From Glycera tridactyla (Eukaryota), in contig OZ286473.1 in assembly GCA_965644265.1 (NCBI GenBank), positions 50,282,001 through 50,346,000 on the forward strand: a stretch of DNA of 64,000 nucleotides. Reading direction: 5' to 3'. The notes beneath the pieces are model-generated. The model was given only the letters and a program-made list of their open reading frames with translations, searched no databases and was not told where the DNA came from. This document shows, one piece after another, positions 14,122 to 28,077 of the stretch (positions are counted from its first letter, which is position 1; each line of letters opens with the position of its first letter). A program made the translations under genes and the position numbers.

Positions 14122-17100
14122 CTGTAGTCCGCGCGTATACGCGCAGTGAGCGAAATCGTGACATCCATGGAAAAACCGGGGTGCGCGTACGTCCGAAGAT
14201 GCGCGTATAGTGGTTTCGTGCAAACGCGCACCTTGTCGAAACTCTCTGTTTTTGCTTTATTCTTCGCCCTATCACGTGGAACGAAGAACTTACCAACATC
14301 CGGCCGCCATTTTTCTTGATGATGTAAATATTACAGGGATGATAGTGGGGTTCAGTGAAAAAATCTGAAATTATCGACCCAACCCATAAGACCGGGGGTC
14401 CGGGGCCCGTCGAGGGCCCCGGAAGCTTTGGGTCCCACAATGCTCTCAGATGCATTCTGAGCTTCTCAGGGCATATATTTTTGACAATTTGATGTTGAAT
14501 TTTTCACAGTCACAAAGGCATAGGGAGCAGATGAGCAGATGAGGCACACAAATCAACTGTTTTTGTTGAAATAATCAACTTGCCCAGCAAGACATCTACT
14601 GACAGCTCTCACTTGTCATCTCATACTTGTTCAGCATTGATGTCAGCATTGATGTCGTATTTTCATCATCTTCTCACGCCAGAAACGTGATTTTCTCGTT
14701 GGCAGCATTCGTGATAGTTGATCGCTGATTCACACGTGCTCACGCAGCTGATCGCGCGTGACAACCCCATTCCCAGGTCGCGGAAAACCTCCTAATTGGC
14801 CAACGTTTGTCAATTGAGCGGCGTTGGCCAATTGACCAACGCCTCCCGATTAACGGACGCTCAAGAAAGCACAGATTCTCGCCTCTAGAAGCCAAATTTC
14901 ATTATAAACCCCACACAACCAGATAGAACATGCAATAATCTTCCAACGTGAGAAGTTTGATGACTATCGGTCACGTTTCTGAGCGGTGGCGGCGAATTTT
15001 CCAAGTGACAACGATCCCGAATTTCAACCTTCCTCCAGCATTTCCTCCACGCGCAAAATTGAGGAAGCCGCCGCAACGAGAGTTTTCTTATGTATAAAGA
15101 AAACAAAATTTCCCATCGATTGTATGTATGACATTTTGAATTCTATGTATTACTTTTTTTATATTGTGGCCGAAAGTCGGCGATATCGGATGTAAACAAT
15201 CGCCGCCATCTTGTTTTTCACTTGCCGACCTCCGAACTTTGATGCTAGATATTTCAGCAACCGCGAGACATACAGCAAAAGCGAACATTGCTGTGTAAAG
15301 AACAAGGATGGGAGATTTCCCCACTGAAGTTTCATAGTTTTTCAAGTTGTTTATCACCTCCAAATACGAGTGCAAAGTTACGATTTTACGGCAAACTTTC
15401 GCGATGACGAAACACACGCTCCCGCCATCCCATCTTGGTGACCTCTGGCGGCGGTAGCCGGCTGTGTCCCAAAAATGGATTCCCGCACAGAACGCCGCCA
15501 TTTGCAGCTTTTTCATCTCCAAATCAGCCACAACGAACGATATTTGTCAAGAAACAAGGGTAACCGATGAAAGTTGATGTATTTATGGCCGAAAATCTTG
15601 AATATTCGAGGTTTTATCGAAATCGTGATGACGTCATCGGGAAAACTCCCGTCCGTCAATTGGCCAACGCCGCTCATTTGGCCAACGTCGTCCAATTAGA
15701 GGGTTTTCCGCGACCTGATTCCTACAACAGTGAAGTTTATTTGCAGCGCCATCGCGCCCATGGCGTGTTACATGTTGATGTGGGCGCACTAACAAATAGC
15801 TCCATGGGCCCCCCTGGGCGCACCAGTAATTTCGCACCAGTAATTTCGTCAATAAACCAACAGTGACTATACTCAAAGACTACATTTGTTGGCAGGGGCA
15901 TTCTACAGGGTCAAAGAAAGTAATCCCTCTTAATGACCCCCTACTGGCTGATGACTGGGATGTTACCACAACATCAACAGACAGTTCCTGTTCACCCTCC
16001 GCCTGATGAGGGGGTAATTCTGGGGTGACCAGATGTTGTGTGCTTCGAGAATTGAGATGGCCTCCCAACTGGCCCTAGCAGGTAGATTTCCAAGGTAGAC
16101 AGAATGATTTTGAAACCTACCTGCTCAATGGACAGGTGGAAAATGATAATAGATTTAATAAACACATAATGGAGACATCCTGAATTTTGAAGGGGCAGGT
16201 AGATCTGAAAATGTAAATGCTAAACAGGCAGGTGGATCATTTTGATGCCATTCCTTGTGTGTGTGTGTATGTGTGTGCATGTTTGTGTGTCCATGTGTGT
16301 GTGCCTACAAAAAAGGTTAACATTAACCTTCAACATGGGCTTCATATATATTACAGAATATGGAATTATGATTCCTTTTCTTTTGTGCCAAGAAAAGTAG
16401 TGAGCCAACTAAGATTAGCCCATTCAATTCCTGCTGTCAACTCAATGTATCACTGAGGATTTCACAAAATAAAAGAAATAGTCAGGTTGGTGGTGGGTCC
16501 GGCCGTTGGTGTATGTGGGCGTGGTGGTTGGTAGGTGTGGGTGGTGGTGGGTGTGTCATATTGTGAAAAATAGTTGTTTTCACAAACCTGGAAATGGCTC
16601 ACAAAATTTTGAAAATGGCCCATTGAATCCTGAAAACGGCCCACTATTTTTCTGCTTAGTGGGCCATTGGCCCGCTCGATTTTTGGGACGGAAACATCGC
16701 TGCTACAATCCCGGTTTTTTTTTCATTGAACCAACACAAATAGCATCCGGTCATCGGGACTAAGGTGAATTCACGATTTGTAACACGCATGCTGATTGGC
16801 CGAAATCGATCAGTTTCGTTTCTCTCAGCCAATCAGAATCAAGATGACAAATCGCCTTCGTCTCCATCTCCATTCCGGCCTTGACACCGCGAGCGATATT
16901 AGAGGTAAATCGCCGATATTTGTCCGATTTAGCGAGAAATACAAGTTTGTTGCGCGACTTTTACACGAAATTTGCGATCGGATTCGCGGTTTCTCCGATT
17001 TTCCCTCCAAATATCGGAATATCGGCCGCATGACAGCTCCATACTGAGAAAATCGGAACACGGTCGACGAAGAACGAAAATATCGGAATTCCGATAAAAA

Positions 17101-17494
17101 TCGGAAAACTTTCATCCCTGATATTAACTTGATTTCTCCCATGATGCTTTGCGCCTGCGAACTCTAGTCCCGACAGAACCGTCTGCGATCGAATATTTGT
17201 ATGACACAAATAGAGAACGAGGTTGGGGTTGGAGGGAACAGGGTACGCACGATTAATATTTTTCAACATCTCCCATCATGCAATGCGCGGAGGAGACAGA
17301 TACAACATGGCGATTCGTTACTAAATAGATCGATTTCTCGTTCATTCTTCAGTTTATTATCGGCGTTTCATCGGTGTTTGTCAGCGAATTTCAGGGGTGT
17401 GCGTACGCGCGAGGACATGCGCGTATTCCGACATTTTGACGAAACGGGGGATGCGCGTTTGTCCGAACCTGCGCGTACACGCGCGAGACTACAG
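14122..17494. mobile_element. pogo/Tigger-like non-autonomous element with TA TSD, expanded by nested insertions
   Basis: TA|CTGTAGTCCGCGCGTATACGCGCAG ... CTGCGCGTACACGCGCGAGACTACAG|TA: about 25-bp TIRs; no transposase ORF recognised. Confidence 0.75.
14774..15717. mobile_element. Non-autonomous TIR element with 5-bp TSD ATTCC
   Basis: About 65-bp imperfect TIRs starting CAGGTCGCGGAAAACC; ATTCC at 14769-14773 and 15718-15722. Confidence 0.8.
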
Positions 17495-20400
17495 TATTCA
17501 TTTAGCTGTTCATCATAACAAGCTTTTTTTGTCATCAAATCAATTTGAAGATTCCTCATATCTCATTTACATTTTTATCGAGAAGCTGACCAGAATTCCA
17601 TCTTATTTCCCAACACTGAAATCCAGTAAAATTTGATGGGGACAGAATATAATTTATATAGGTCAAAATTATCACGTGAAATCTAAGACTGAACCCTGAT
17701 GTCTTCTCAATGACTGACTGCTAATTCACATTGCCACAGGGGTTGCGCAGATCCTTTTCATGCAGATCCATTTCATATGGTTCAGAATATGGTACCTGTT
17801 GATTACATGTTCATAAACACACTAGAAAACTTAACATGGACCACTCCAACTTCTGCCTTCCCACAATGATCGACCAGGGAGATTACAGGGAGGTGGGTTG
17901 CATGCACTGTGAAACCATTCAACTAACTTGGCCACACTTTCTCTCTTCCTCCCCGGAAATTGTCAAGCTCAGGATATGGTATAGAGTCCACCACTGCACA
18001 CAGTAAACATCTTAGAAAAAAATCATTGCAGTAAGCAACTACAGATACCCTTTCATCCTGACATGAACTTTCCATCACTGTACTTATCTGGTCCCTAATT
18101 CACCTAGTGAACACTCTGACACTCTGCCAAGACAATATACAGTAAAACCTGCTATATTGAAATCCTGTCTACAGTGAAAAGAAAAATCTGGCCTGTGACT
18201 CTTCACTATAGACAGGTTTTACTGTACCATGGTTGAGGGATATTGTTAATAGTCTTGGCGAGATAGTGTTGGCTAGAAGCATGAAAATTCTCCAAATCTT
18301 CTTCAAACAGAAAATGGATATCCACTTTTTCCCGAAATAAATGAAGCTGCTATAGTCAATGACATCACAGGAGTGAAAATGATCACAGGTGAATGATACA
18401 TCAATCATGAAGAGACCAATCACACTTGAAACTCCCATTTGGTCTCAGGTTGATTCTTCCAATATCTTCAGGCACGAAACATTTGCAAAAACCATTTATT
18501 GTAAAATGATCTATCCGTGAATCTCTACAGGTGAACTGGGAAATGAATACCATAGACAGGTACAAACTTATCTCACATTTCAATTGAGATGTCTGTCTCG
18601 AACAATGATTCTGGGAGGAGCAGATAGAGCAATAAAAAAAAATCCATGAGCTACATTTCGGGAAATATGATCGGAATTTTGGAAACTACCCTACATGAAT
18701 TCAAGAGTATCTGAGGCTTTCATCAAGTTTCACCAATTCAAGAATTTGAATTTTCCACCAATTTCCTGAATTCCAATTTTGTGTGTAGAAAAATTGGCAT
18801 CACTGGAGGGGGTCACTACTCTTTTCAGCAATACATATTGCCCACTGCTCCACCCCATGGCCTCTACTTGTTCAGAGGGAGCAGCCACAAGCTTCCGATA
18901 TAGGTAATGTCAAGGATAAGTGGACAAAGGTTTAATCATCCTCCGACTTTGACTAGCAATAACTGGGAAATCTGGTTATAGCGCAATGCACAAAGCATTC
19001 AACCGACCCCTTTCACTGGATGTATGCAGGTCAATCAACGAGCCACTGCAAAATCAATGCAAATAATATCACCAGAAGCCAATGCCCCTCACAGGGCCTG
19101 ATGCTAATGTTCCCACCCCACTAGCCTAATGTGGATTTGTCAACCATTTTGATTACAGAATTGTGAACTCTTTTTTGCCAAACATTTTCAATCAATGGCT
19201 AGCAAAATCAGTGAGCGCAAAGTCAGAAATGTTGTTGCCATTCACAGTGATGAAAGTGGCCCATGACAAAATTTTCTGAAAAGTGCGTAAACCCATTTTG
19301 CAGGATTCACGAACTTCCACTGGGCGCGTTTGTGGGTGATAATATCATGCAGATACTACCATTATTATCTCTTTCCTGGAATGACATGCTTTGAACACTG
19401 ACTGAAAATAAGAAAACATGACACTAGAGGAAACAGAAATGTATGTTTCAGGGTCCATATAAATTTTACACCTATGAAAAAAATTGTTGCCACTACTTCA
19501 AACATCTGTTTGACCTCCAAGACAGAAGCTGTCCAGCAATGGTTAGTTGTGGGTGGTAATCGAATACCATCTACCATCAAATTTGTGGGCAAGATTAGCC
19601 TTCCTTGTCTCCCACCAACATAAACATACTGACTCTTATGAAAACAATGACCCACTTCTGGTTTCCGGAGGACATCAATATCATTAGGTCATCTCCGGAA
19701 TTCCGGAGATCTCCAGAAAACTTTCATCACTGCATTCAAACAAGTAGACTCCGTGATTTCCTTGACCTAACACAATTTTCAGCAACAGGGTAAGTCTTGT
19801 GCACAAGCCCTGATGGGTTTTTTTCAGCAGTCGTATGAATCATCCTGTGTTTTTTATCATCTTAAAATCTGCTTTTTGATCGGAGGGCACCAGTTCTTGA
19901 GAGCATCATCACCAGGCAGGTTTTGTCAAGACAATATACAGCTACCATGCAAGTCAACTCCCTCAATTCATGTATGAATATAATGTGGGTAGACGTCCAA
20001 CCTGTTTGTGAACTGGAGGACTGATTTACACCAGATGGGATTTAATGTTTACATCAGGAGTTTCTAAGAATGCAGCTTTTTTATCAATCACACACGACAC
20101 CTTTCACCATGGTGGACACAATCTAATGAATCCTCTCAAGTTACAAATATGACTTGTACAGGGCTAGTAGCAGCTGAAACACAAGAGTGCTAGAGCAAAT
20201 TTTCAACTGCCCTCTCAGGATATTCATTTACCCTCCTGCATATAAACATGGGTTAAATCATGGTACGTGACCAGCCTATACACAGGACAGGCAAACTGAT
20301 GAAATGACCTGCCCTACAAGTTTATTTGCGGGCCTGTGGCATGTATAACTGTAGAACATTGAAGCTCCCAAGTTTGCCAATGCTTGAACAACCTACAAAA

Positions 20401-22671
20401 TCAGCACATCAGTCAGGAAAAAAGGCCCACTTTTCTAGACTGATAGACTTCTGACCCATACATCACATAGTCCATGGAAATCCCCTATTTCATCTAAGAC
20501 AAGCCTCATGAAATGTACTTTTATTTCCTTTGTGTGGGTGAAGGTGAGTCATTTAGTTGAAGTACCAAGGCTCCAAGTTGAGACTGCCCTACTAGTGCAA
20601 ACAGGCAGATTGATTTTTAAGGAAGGTTAATTTGAAGGGTAATAGCCCGAGTCCTTTTGTTGAGTGATGATAGAAAAAACACATTTGACAGCAATGAATA
20701 AGACAAGCTATTTGAACACAAATAAGGGCTGAGCCACAGTGAGTCACTCCCTGTCACAGATTGCCAAGGAACAATCCCTCAATGACCAGATCACCAGCAG
20801 CAGAAGCACAGTCACTTCTTGCTCATGGGAGAAACTGTTCAAACAAACCTTGCTCTCACTATTCCCCCCCCCCCCCCCCCCCCCCCAACCCTGCACCCTG
20901 TTATTACTGGATGGAAGTAGATCTGCCATGCTTGAAATACTGCACGGTTCATTTGTTCCCGTCTTTGACTATTGCACTCAAGTGAATTAGGTCAGGGATG
21001 GACAGTCATGAGCAGTGTTATATTGGTTCAAACAGCTGGTGCAAATGTTTGCCCTGGATAAAGTGGCAGTGCCTCACTTCAATCTCTACTTTTATAACTA
21101 TTTACAGACCAAATTTTCCTCTGCCATGTATTCACCACTTGGATGATATTAACATTGATGTCAACAATGAGATGGAGCCAAATGTTTGAAAAAATTCATG
21201 GGAATACCCCCAAATACATAAGGCCAGGTCTAAGTGTAGAGCCCTGTACCAGTCAGAAGGGGGAGGGGTGCTTGTTTACATACAGACTGGGGAGGATAAT
21301 GAGGCCAATACTGACCAGTATGTGTCTGCCCCCCCCCCCCCCCTCCAACAAGCAGCTGTCCCTGCGTCAGATGTATCAACAGGATACCCCACCCTTCTGA
21401 GAACAAGGGAACCAACACTATGACTAGACAGTAAGACTGAGAGCCACCCCCCTGCAGTCATGAATGAATCATGGGCTCCCGGCTGTTCTGAGCCACTAAT
21501 TGCAAGACACCATCTAGGCAGTTAGCCAGGATAAAGGATTGAGCAAGTCGCTCACTAGAAGTGTGTGTATGTGCATGCCCTGCTTGGGTTTGTAGGTGTT
21601 TGTGAGTGTATGTGTGCTCTCTGGAGCAGCAGTTTGGAGCGCTGAGGGGCTGGGATCCTTATTCAGAGGTTGTGAATACACCAGCCCCCACCCCCCTCCA
21701 CTTTTGCAACTCACATGGAATATATTCGAATCGTGCACATACGCTTAAGTAGAAAAAAATTCTCACATGACCAGAAGGCATGATACAAATGGAAAAAAAG
21801 CATTGACTTTTCTACTCATGACAATGAAAACCATCTATTTGATCTCAAGAACTAAACCAACAATTCTGAATACTTGTCTGGTGATGAAAAATCCAAAGGT
21901 CACGCACTCAAGAGATTCACTTTAGAATATTTTTGGTTGGTTGGTTCCGGTTTAACGTAATGTCAGCTCCATTTGTGCAACATTGTGATGCCCATGCAAT
22001 GGGCATGGGTGATGGCAATCGGTTGCATTTTGAGAATCGATTATCGGTTAGCCCAACCAATTGATTATCGATTATTATCAGTTTGCAACACTGGCACCAC
22101 AACCACTACCTTGTTTCACCAATGTTTCGTGTCCAGAATCATACATATACACAGGTGTATGCAGAGCAGTCTCCAAGGGTATAAGGTTTATCTTGGGTGG
22201 ACTAAGATGACAGCATTTTGACTTTACAGGAAATCCATCGCTTGTTTGATCAAAAAGGCTGGATTTTCCATTGAAATATATGTGCTGATCATGTCCTGAT
22301 TAAATCGATTCTACATCTCTGCGATCGATTGTCTATTTGGCCACCAAGATTGATCGATAATCAGGTATTTATGGATAATCGTGACACCACTAGTTTGCAA
22401 GCAGGAAAGGTGGAATCCACAGATGAGTGGAGCAATCATATACCCATTTCCCTGCATGTATGATGAAAAGTGCAAAAGACTTCATGTGCACAGAATAATC
22501 AACTCCAGCTTCTCATTCACTGAGAAGCAAGATTCCAGGGATTTTCCCCGGAATTTAGGTATACATGTTGTAATTCCGGTTTTACAGACAAAAACCATAG
22601 TTTTCAAGGACAATCAGTACATCAATCTGGGGACTTCATCAGGTTTCAAAGAGCTCTTGGGTGCCCTGTAT

Positions 22672-22909
22672 CAGCGTTGCATCCAGGATTTGCAGAATTG
22701 GGGGCATTTGCCCCCGAAATTTTGTGAAAAGGGGGCATTTCCTCACAAAATCTTTCAAAATGGGTTCACTCAATGAGGAGTAGGTGCAACTCTCTTGCTG
22801 ATTTAGGGGGCATTGTGGCCCCTGGTTACTCCAAAAAAAAGGGGCCATTCTCAGGAAAATGGGTGAAATGACCCGACGCCCCCCCCCCCCCCCCCTGGAT
22901 GCAACCCTG
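22672..22909. mobile_element. MITE with 6-bp TSD CTGTAT
   Basis: TIR CAGCGTTGCATCCAGG / CCTGGATGCAACCCTG; CTGTAT at 22666-22671 and 22910-22915. Confidence 0.8.
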
Positions 22910-23725
22910 CTGTATACCTGCAATAAGAACAATCAACATCAAGTGGTATCACTCCTCCATGAGAGGAGACACATAGTGAACAGGTGTACCCGAGAGTACA
23001 GCCTGGTTGAGGTGCAGCCTGGTTGAAGTGCGTGTGGGCTACCATATCCAGTATACTCTAGAGATGCTAATTTCAGCTCTCATCACAGGGAATCCCACCC
23101 TCCTGATCATAGGGAAGCCCAACCTCCTGGCTCAACGAGTTCAATAATACACACAGCCTGAATGCGACCTGAAGAGGCAGCCTTTGTGGGACGAGTGCAG
23201 CACTCAGTTCATTATGTAACTGCTCCCATGAAAACTTTAACCCTCTCCAAGCCCAGATCTCACTAACCAAAGAGTATAACTCGCCCCTTGTGTGGACCGC
23301 ATGAGTTGAGGTTTCTCACTGCTCTAATTATGCAGGAGGACTTGATACAACCATGGTTTGATCTTATGTGTGCTACAATGTAATCATATTGCCAGCCAGC
23401 ATTGACACTTGAAGGCTATCAACGGTGAGAGCAGCAACATCTGTGGGCAACTTGAGCAGCCGAGATGTCAATTAGGGTAATGATGTGATTGGGGTCCGTT
23501 TCTCTGACACACACAAGAGCAGCAATCATGCATCCTGCAGATGCTGATCGAGCATGAATACCATTGAGTGATTCTCAGCTTCTGTGGAATGGACCCCTTC
23601 CCTAGGGAGTCTAGGCTAGGGCATGGTCATGGCTCCTACACAATGCTCCAGTAGGGAATGACTATAATATACAACATACAACCCCCCCCCCCCCCCCCCC
23701 CCCACACACACACACAAACAAACAG

Positions 23726-26385
23726 CATTTTAACAGTGAATGGTGTACAGTCAACCCTTGGTGGGCATCTGGAGATGGCTGATTTAGAGAGGGTGTTTGG
23801 TACACGCTAGGCGACCAATAAGCCTCAAATGATTGCGAATGACATGGAAACTGGAATTAAACAAGGCTCACTGATACAGTGAAACCTGCGACTAGAGACC
23901 GCCCTGAATGTCACCAAAAACCAGTCTCAAGAGGTGGTCTATTGTCGGGGGTATATTTGACATAGTGACATAAGAAAGCTACCCTGAAATGTGGTCTCCC
24001 GTCAGAGATGGTCTTTCGTCACAGGTTCTACTGTAGTACGGAAGGGGAGGGGAGGAGATTGGCAAGTGCATGGATGACCTCTTCAAAATAGGTAGATTGC
24101 AGGGGACACAACCAGCCCGAACGCTGGGAACGCTTACAGTTTACCAGTGTCGAAGCACTTTCAATGAATGTGAAATACTGACGTTGATCCAGAAATTGTG
24201 TGAAATGAGACATCGAATCTGCTCTATTGTTTGATGGTTGCATTTGAGAAAACTCTATATGTCGGCACCCAAAGCGTAAAACAGCACAACCAGGACAAAC
24301 GGGAGGCAGTCTCATAATGCCCTGGTAGATGCTCTTCAATACACACTACAAGCTCCCTCAAGTAGGCAACGATCCCTAGAACTGTCCGGCGCAGTGATCT
24401 ATAAATTTCTGACATGCCTTTCCTTAAATCTTGCAAATAATGATGATAGTATAACTGGCTACCAATATTGCTCAGAGTCCAGTCAGCTTTTGGGAGTGGC
24501 CTGTTTAGGCTGGTAGCCCAGAGCAGGTCCAATCATACATTTGTTATATCACCAGGGATATACATCACATATCCTGTGCCATTGTACTGTGGGCGTTAAT
24601 TACCCCTTATTGCCAATAAATTATCCACCCTGCACCAGTGATGGTGGCAATACCTGAGAAACCAAGCTTTACAGCCAGGTCAACAGTGAGCATCACATTG
24701 GTTGGTTAGTTGGATGGTTGTTTATGTCCCGTGACCATGACCTGAGCTATATTGATATGCCCATGCAATGGGCATGGGTGAGATCATTCAAGACTTCTTC
24801 AGGGCCCCAAACATCAGATGAAAGGGGATGAAATTTAGACACTCAAGGAGTCATTTCTGGTACCAGGAACGTTGACCAAAATACACTACCTGAGTTTGAA
24901 TGTTTGAAGCGTAAAATCAACATTTTCATTCAGTGCCTGCACTTTTTGTAACCAACCTTGAAGAGTGATACAGAGTGAAACCTCTTTTGAGCGACTGCTT
25001 TTCATTGGTTCACTTCTATTGGGCATAGTCAAATTGACCTCCAATGAGAGACCACCATTTTAACAGTGAATGGTGTACAGTCAACCCTTGGTGGGCATCT
25101 GGAGATGGCTGATTTAGAGAGGGTGTTTGGTACACGCTAGGCGACCAATAAGCCTCAAATGATTGCGAATGACATGGAAACTGGAATTAAACAAGGCTCA
25201 CTGATACAGTGAAACCTGCGACTAGAGACCGCCCTGAATGTCACCAAAAACCAGTCTCAAGAGGTGGTCTATTGTCGGGGGTATATTTGACATAGTGACA
25301 TAAGAAAGCTACCCTGAAATGTGGTCTCCCGTCAGAGATGGTCTTTCGTCACAGGTTCTACTGTAGTACGGAAGGGGAGGGGAGGAGATTGGCAAGTGCA
25401 TGGATGACCTCTTCAAAATAGGTAGATTGCAGGGGACACAACCAGCCCGAACGCTGGGAACGCTTACAGTTTACCAGTGTCTAAGCACTTTCAATGAATG
25501 TGAAATACTGACGTTGATCCAGAAATTGTGTGAAATGAGACATCGAATCTGCTCTATTGTTTGATGGTTGCATTTGAGAAAACTCTATATGTCGGCACCC
25601 AAAGCGTAAAACAGCACAACCAGGACAAACGGGAGGCAGTCTCATAATGCCCTGGTAGATGCTCTTCAATACACACTACAAGCTCCCTCAAGTAGGCAAC
25701 GATCCCTAGAACTGTCCGGCGCAGTGATCTATAAATTTCTGACATGCCTTTCCTTAAATCTTGCAAATAATGATGATAGTATAACTGGCTACCAATATTG
25801 CTCAGAGTCCAGTCAGCTTTTGGGAGTGGCCTGTTTAGGCTGGTAGCCCAGAGCAGGTCCAATCATACATTTGTTATATCACCAGGGATATACATCACAT
25901 ATCCTGTGCCATTGTACTGTGGGCGTTAATTACCCCTTATTGCCAATAAATTATCCACCCTGCACCAGTGATGGTGGCAATACCTGAGAAACCAAGCTTT
26001 ACAGCCAGGTCAACAGTGAGCATCACATTGGTTGGTTAGTTGGATGGTTGTTTATGTCCCGTGACCATGACCTGAGCTATATTGATATGCCCATGCAATG
26101 GGCATGGGTGAGATCATTCAAGACTTCTTCAGGGCCCCAAACATCAGATGAAAGGGGATGAAATTTAGACACTCAAGGAGTCATTTCTGGTACCAGGAAC
26201 GTTGACCAAAATACACTACCTGAGTTTGAATGTTTGAAGCGTAAAATCAACATTTTCATTCAGTGCCTGCACTTTTTGTAACCAACCTTGAAGAGTGATA
26301 CAGAGTGAAACCTCTTTTGAGCGACTGCTTTTCATCGGTTCACTTCTATTGGGCATAGTCAAATTGACCTCCAATGAGAGACCAC
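23726..26385. repeat. Direct tandem duplication of a 1,330-bp unit (23726-25055 and 25056-26385)
   Basis: By-eye comparison finds only two substitutions (near 24154/25484 and 25006/26336); the junction interrupts a MITE. Confidence 0.95.
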
Positions 26386-27900
26386 CTCTCGAGACCACTT
26401 GTGATTGGCATTTGGAGCGGTCTCCCGAGAGAGGTTTTACTGTACTCGTATCAGATCGAGCACTACTGGCAAAATGTTGTAGGATAAATATAGACACTAA
26501 TTCATATTAGAGTAACCAGTCATCAAATGTCATGTCTCACAGCATACTCTATTTCTAAGCTGTAAATTCAACCAATTCTCACTGACAATTTTGGATGCAA
26601 CTCAGCAATGTCTGCCCATGTTAGAGAATGACTTGATTCGATTTGGGCAATAATAATAATGACAGGGCAATGCATTACTACCTGTGGTTAGCCAATGGCT
26701 AACAAATCCACCGTCTGGCTAATATCCATAAATGCCAACTTCTGATGGACAAAAATACAAGCAGTGCAAAATTCAGAGTTGCAGAGCCAGTATTTGCAAT
26801 AAAACAATTAGAAAGATCAGGATTTTGCAGAGTAGCATAACCCATAAAATGAAAAAATTTCTGCCTATAGTTAAGTGTAGTTGCAACCCCAAGATCGCAG
26901 TGGTTGGCATCTCTGACAATATCATAATTGTAATTGCACAATGACAATATATAGGCAAAAATAAAGCCCTGTATGGTTGATGTGGACAACTAGCAATACA
27001 TGACATGTTGATTGTACATTGTACTTGCATATTCACTGGTTGTTCAAGAAAACTACAACCTTTTTCACCATAGACATGAATTCATTGCCATAAGCTGCAA
27101 TTTCCAATCCATGTGATCCTGATAATGATATGGAATGAGCATGATTCCAGCATTGGAATGGACAACAAATTACATATTTTTCATATTTCTATCACTGCAG
27201 ATGCAACTCAGCTGTGCCACCGAACAGAAATATTCCTGGACATGAATCCGGGGGCTCTGCTGGTGCCTTCAATATGTGCAATATACAAATGTATAACTGC
27301 ACTTTCAAATTCATCACATTCTTTGTGCATTCTTGTGGGTGTGGCATGAAAAAAGGGTGGTAACATGGAGAAATTTCACAGATTTTGCTTGCAGAATGAC
27401 AATTACAGAATCCATTTGCGCAAGAGCTGCTGAAAACCCAGACACCAGCAGAGCTACGAGCTGTCAGGATTCAGATACTCAACTCAAAACTATGTACTGT
27501 TATTATGCAGTACATTTGAATGTGATTTCTGAGCGTACCAATGCGAACTGTGCAACCCACAAACAGGCTTTTCTACACATTTTCTCCATTTGTCAGTCTA
27601 ATGTATGTCTATAAGTTGCAGTGCACTCTGTCATATGGGCAGATACTAGCCTGACAACAAATGGCTGAATGGACGATATCTGACCGAAATAGCGGTCCAT
27701 ATTTAACCTGACTGGCCATACAAACAAATTTTCAAAGCAGTGCTAAAATCTCCTCATTGCTACCTAAGTCATAGAGATGTATCCAAAGCTGTGAAATCCA
27801 TGTGAAGTCCATGTGAAATAATTCATTCATGCGGCTGAAACAAATTGGTGATGTTTTGGATGAAATTCCTAGGCTGTAAGAACTGGCTCCATTTGGTATA

Positions 27901-28077
27901 CAGTAAACCTCTCTTGGGAGACCACCCCAAATGCCAACCAAAAGCGGTCTCCCAAAAGAGGTGGTCTCTCATTGGAGGTATAATTGACTACGCCAAAAAG
28001 AAATAAACTGATGAAAAGCAGTCTCTCAAAAGAGGGTGGTCTCCCAAAAGAGGGGTCTCTTAAAAGAGGTTTCACTG
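27901..28077. mobile_element. Representative of the abundant TA-flanked CAGT(C/A/G)AAACC MITE superfamily; further copies at about 1595-1742, 5942-6101, 9405-9645, 10110-10278, 13405-13561, 18140-18224, 23877-24033, 25207-25363, 26301-26442, 45692-45811, 53985-54290, 55780-55940 and 59935-60112
   Basis: TA|CAGTAAACCTCT ... AGAGGTTTCACTG|TA with internal AGACCACC / GGTGGTCT repeats, consistent with Tc1/mariner-pogo derivatives. Confidence 0.88.

Noticed and set aside
24028-25862. Duplicated ~100-aa minus-strand ORFs as a small gene pair
   Set aside because: They repeat only because of the tandem duplication; no motifs or splice structure.
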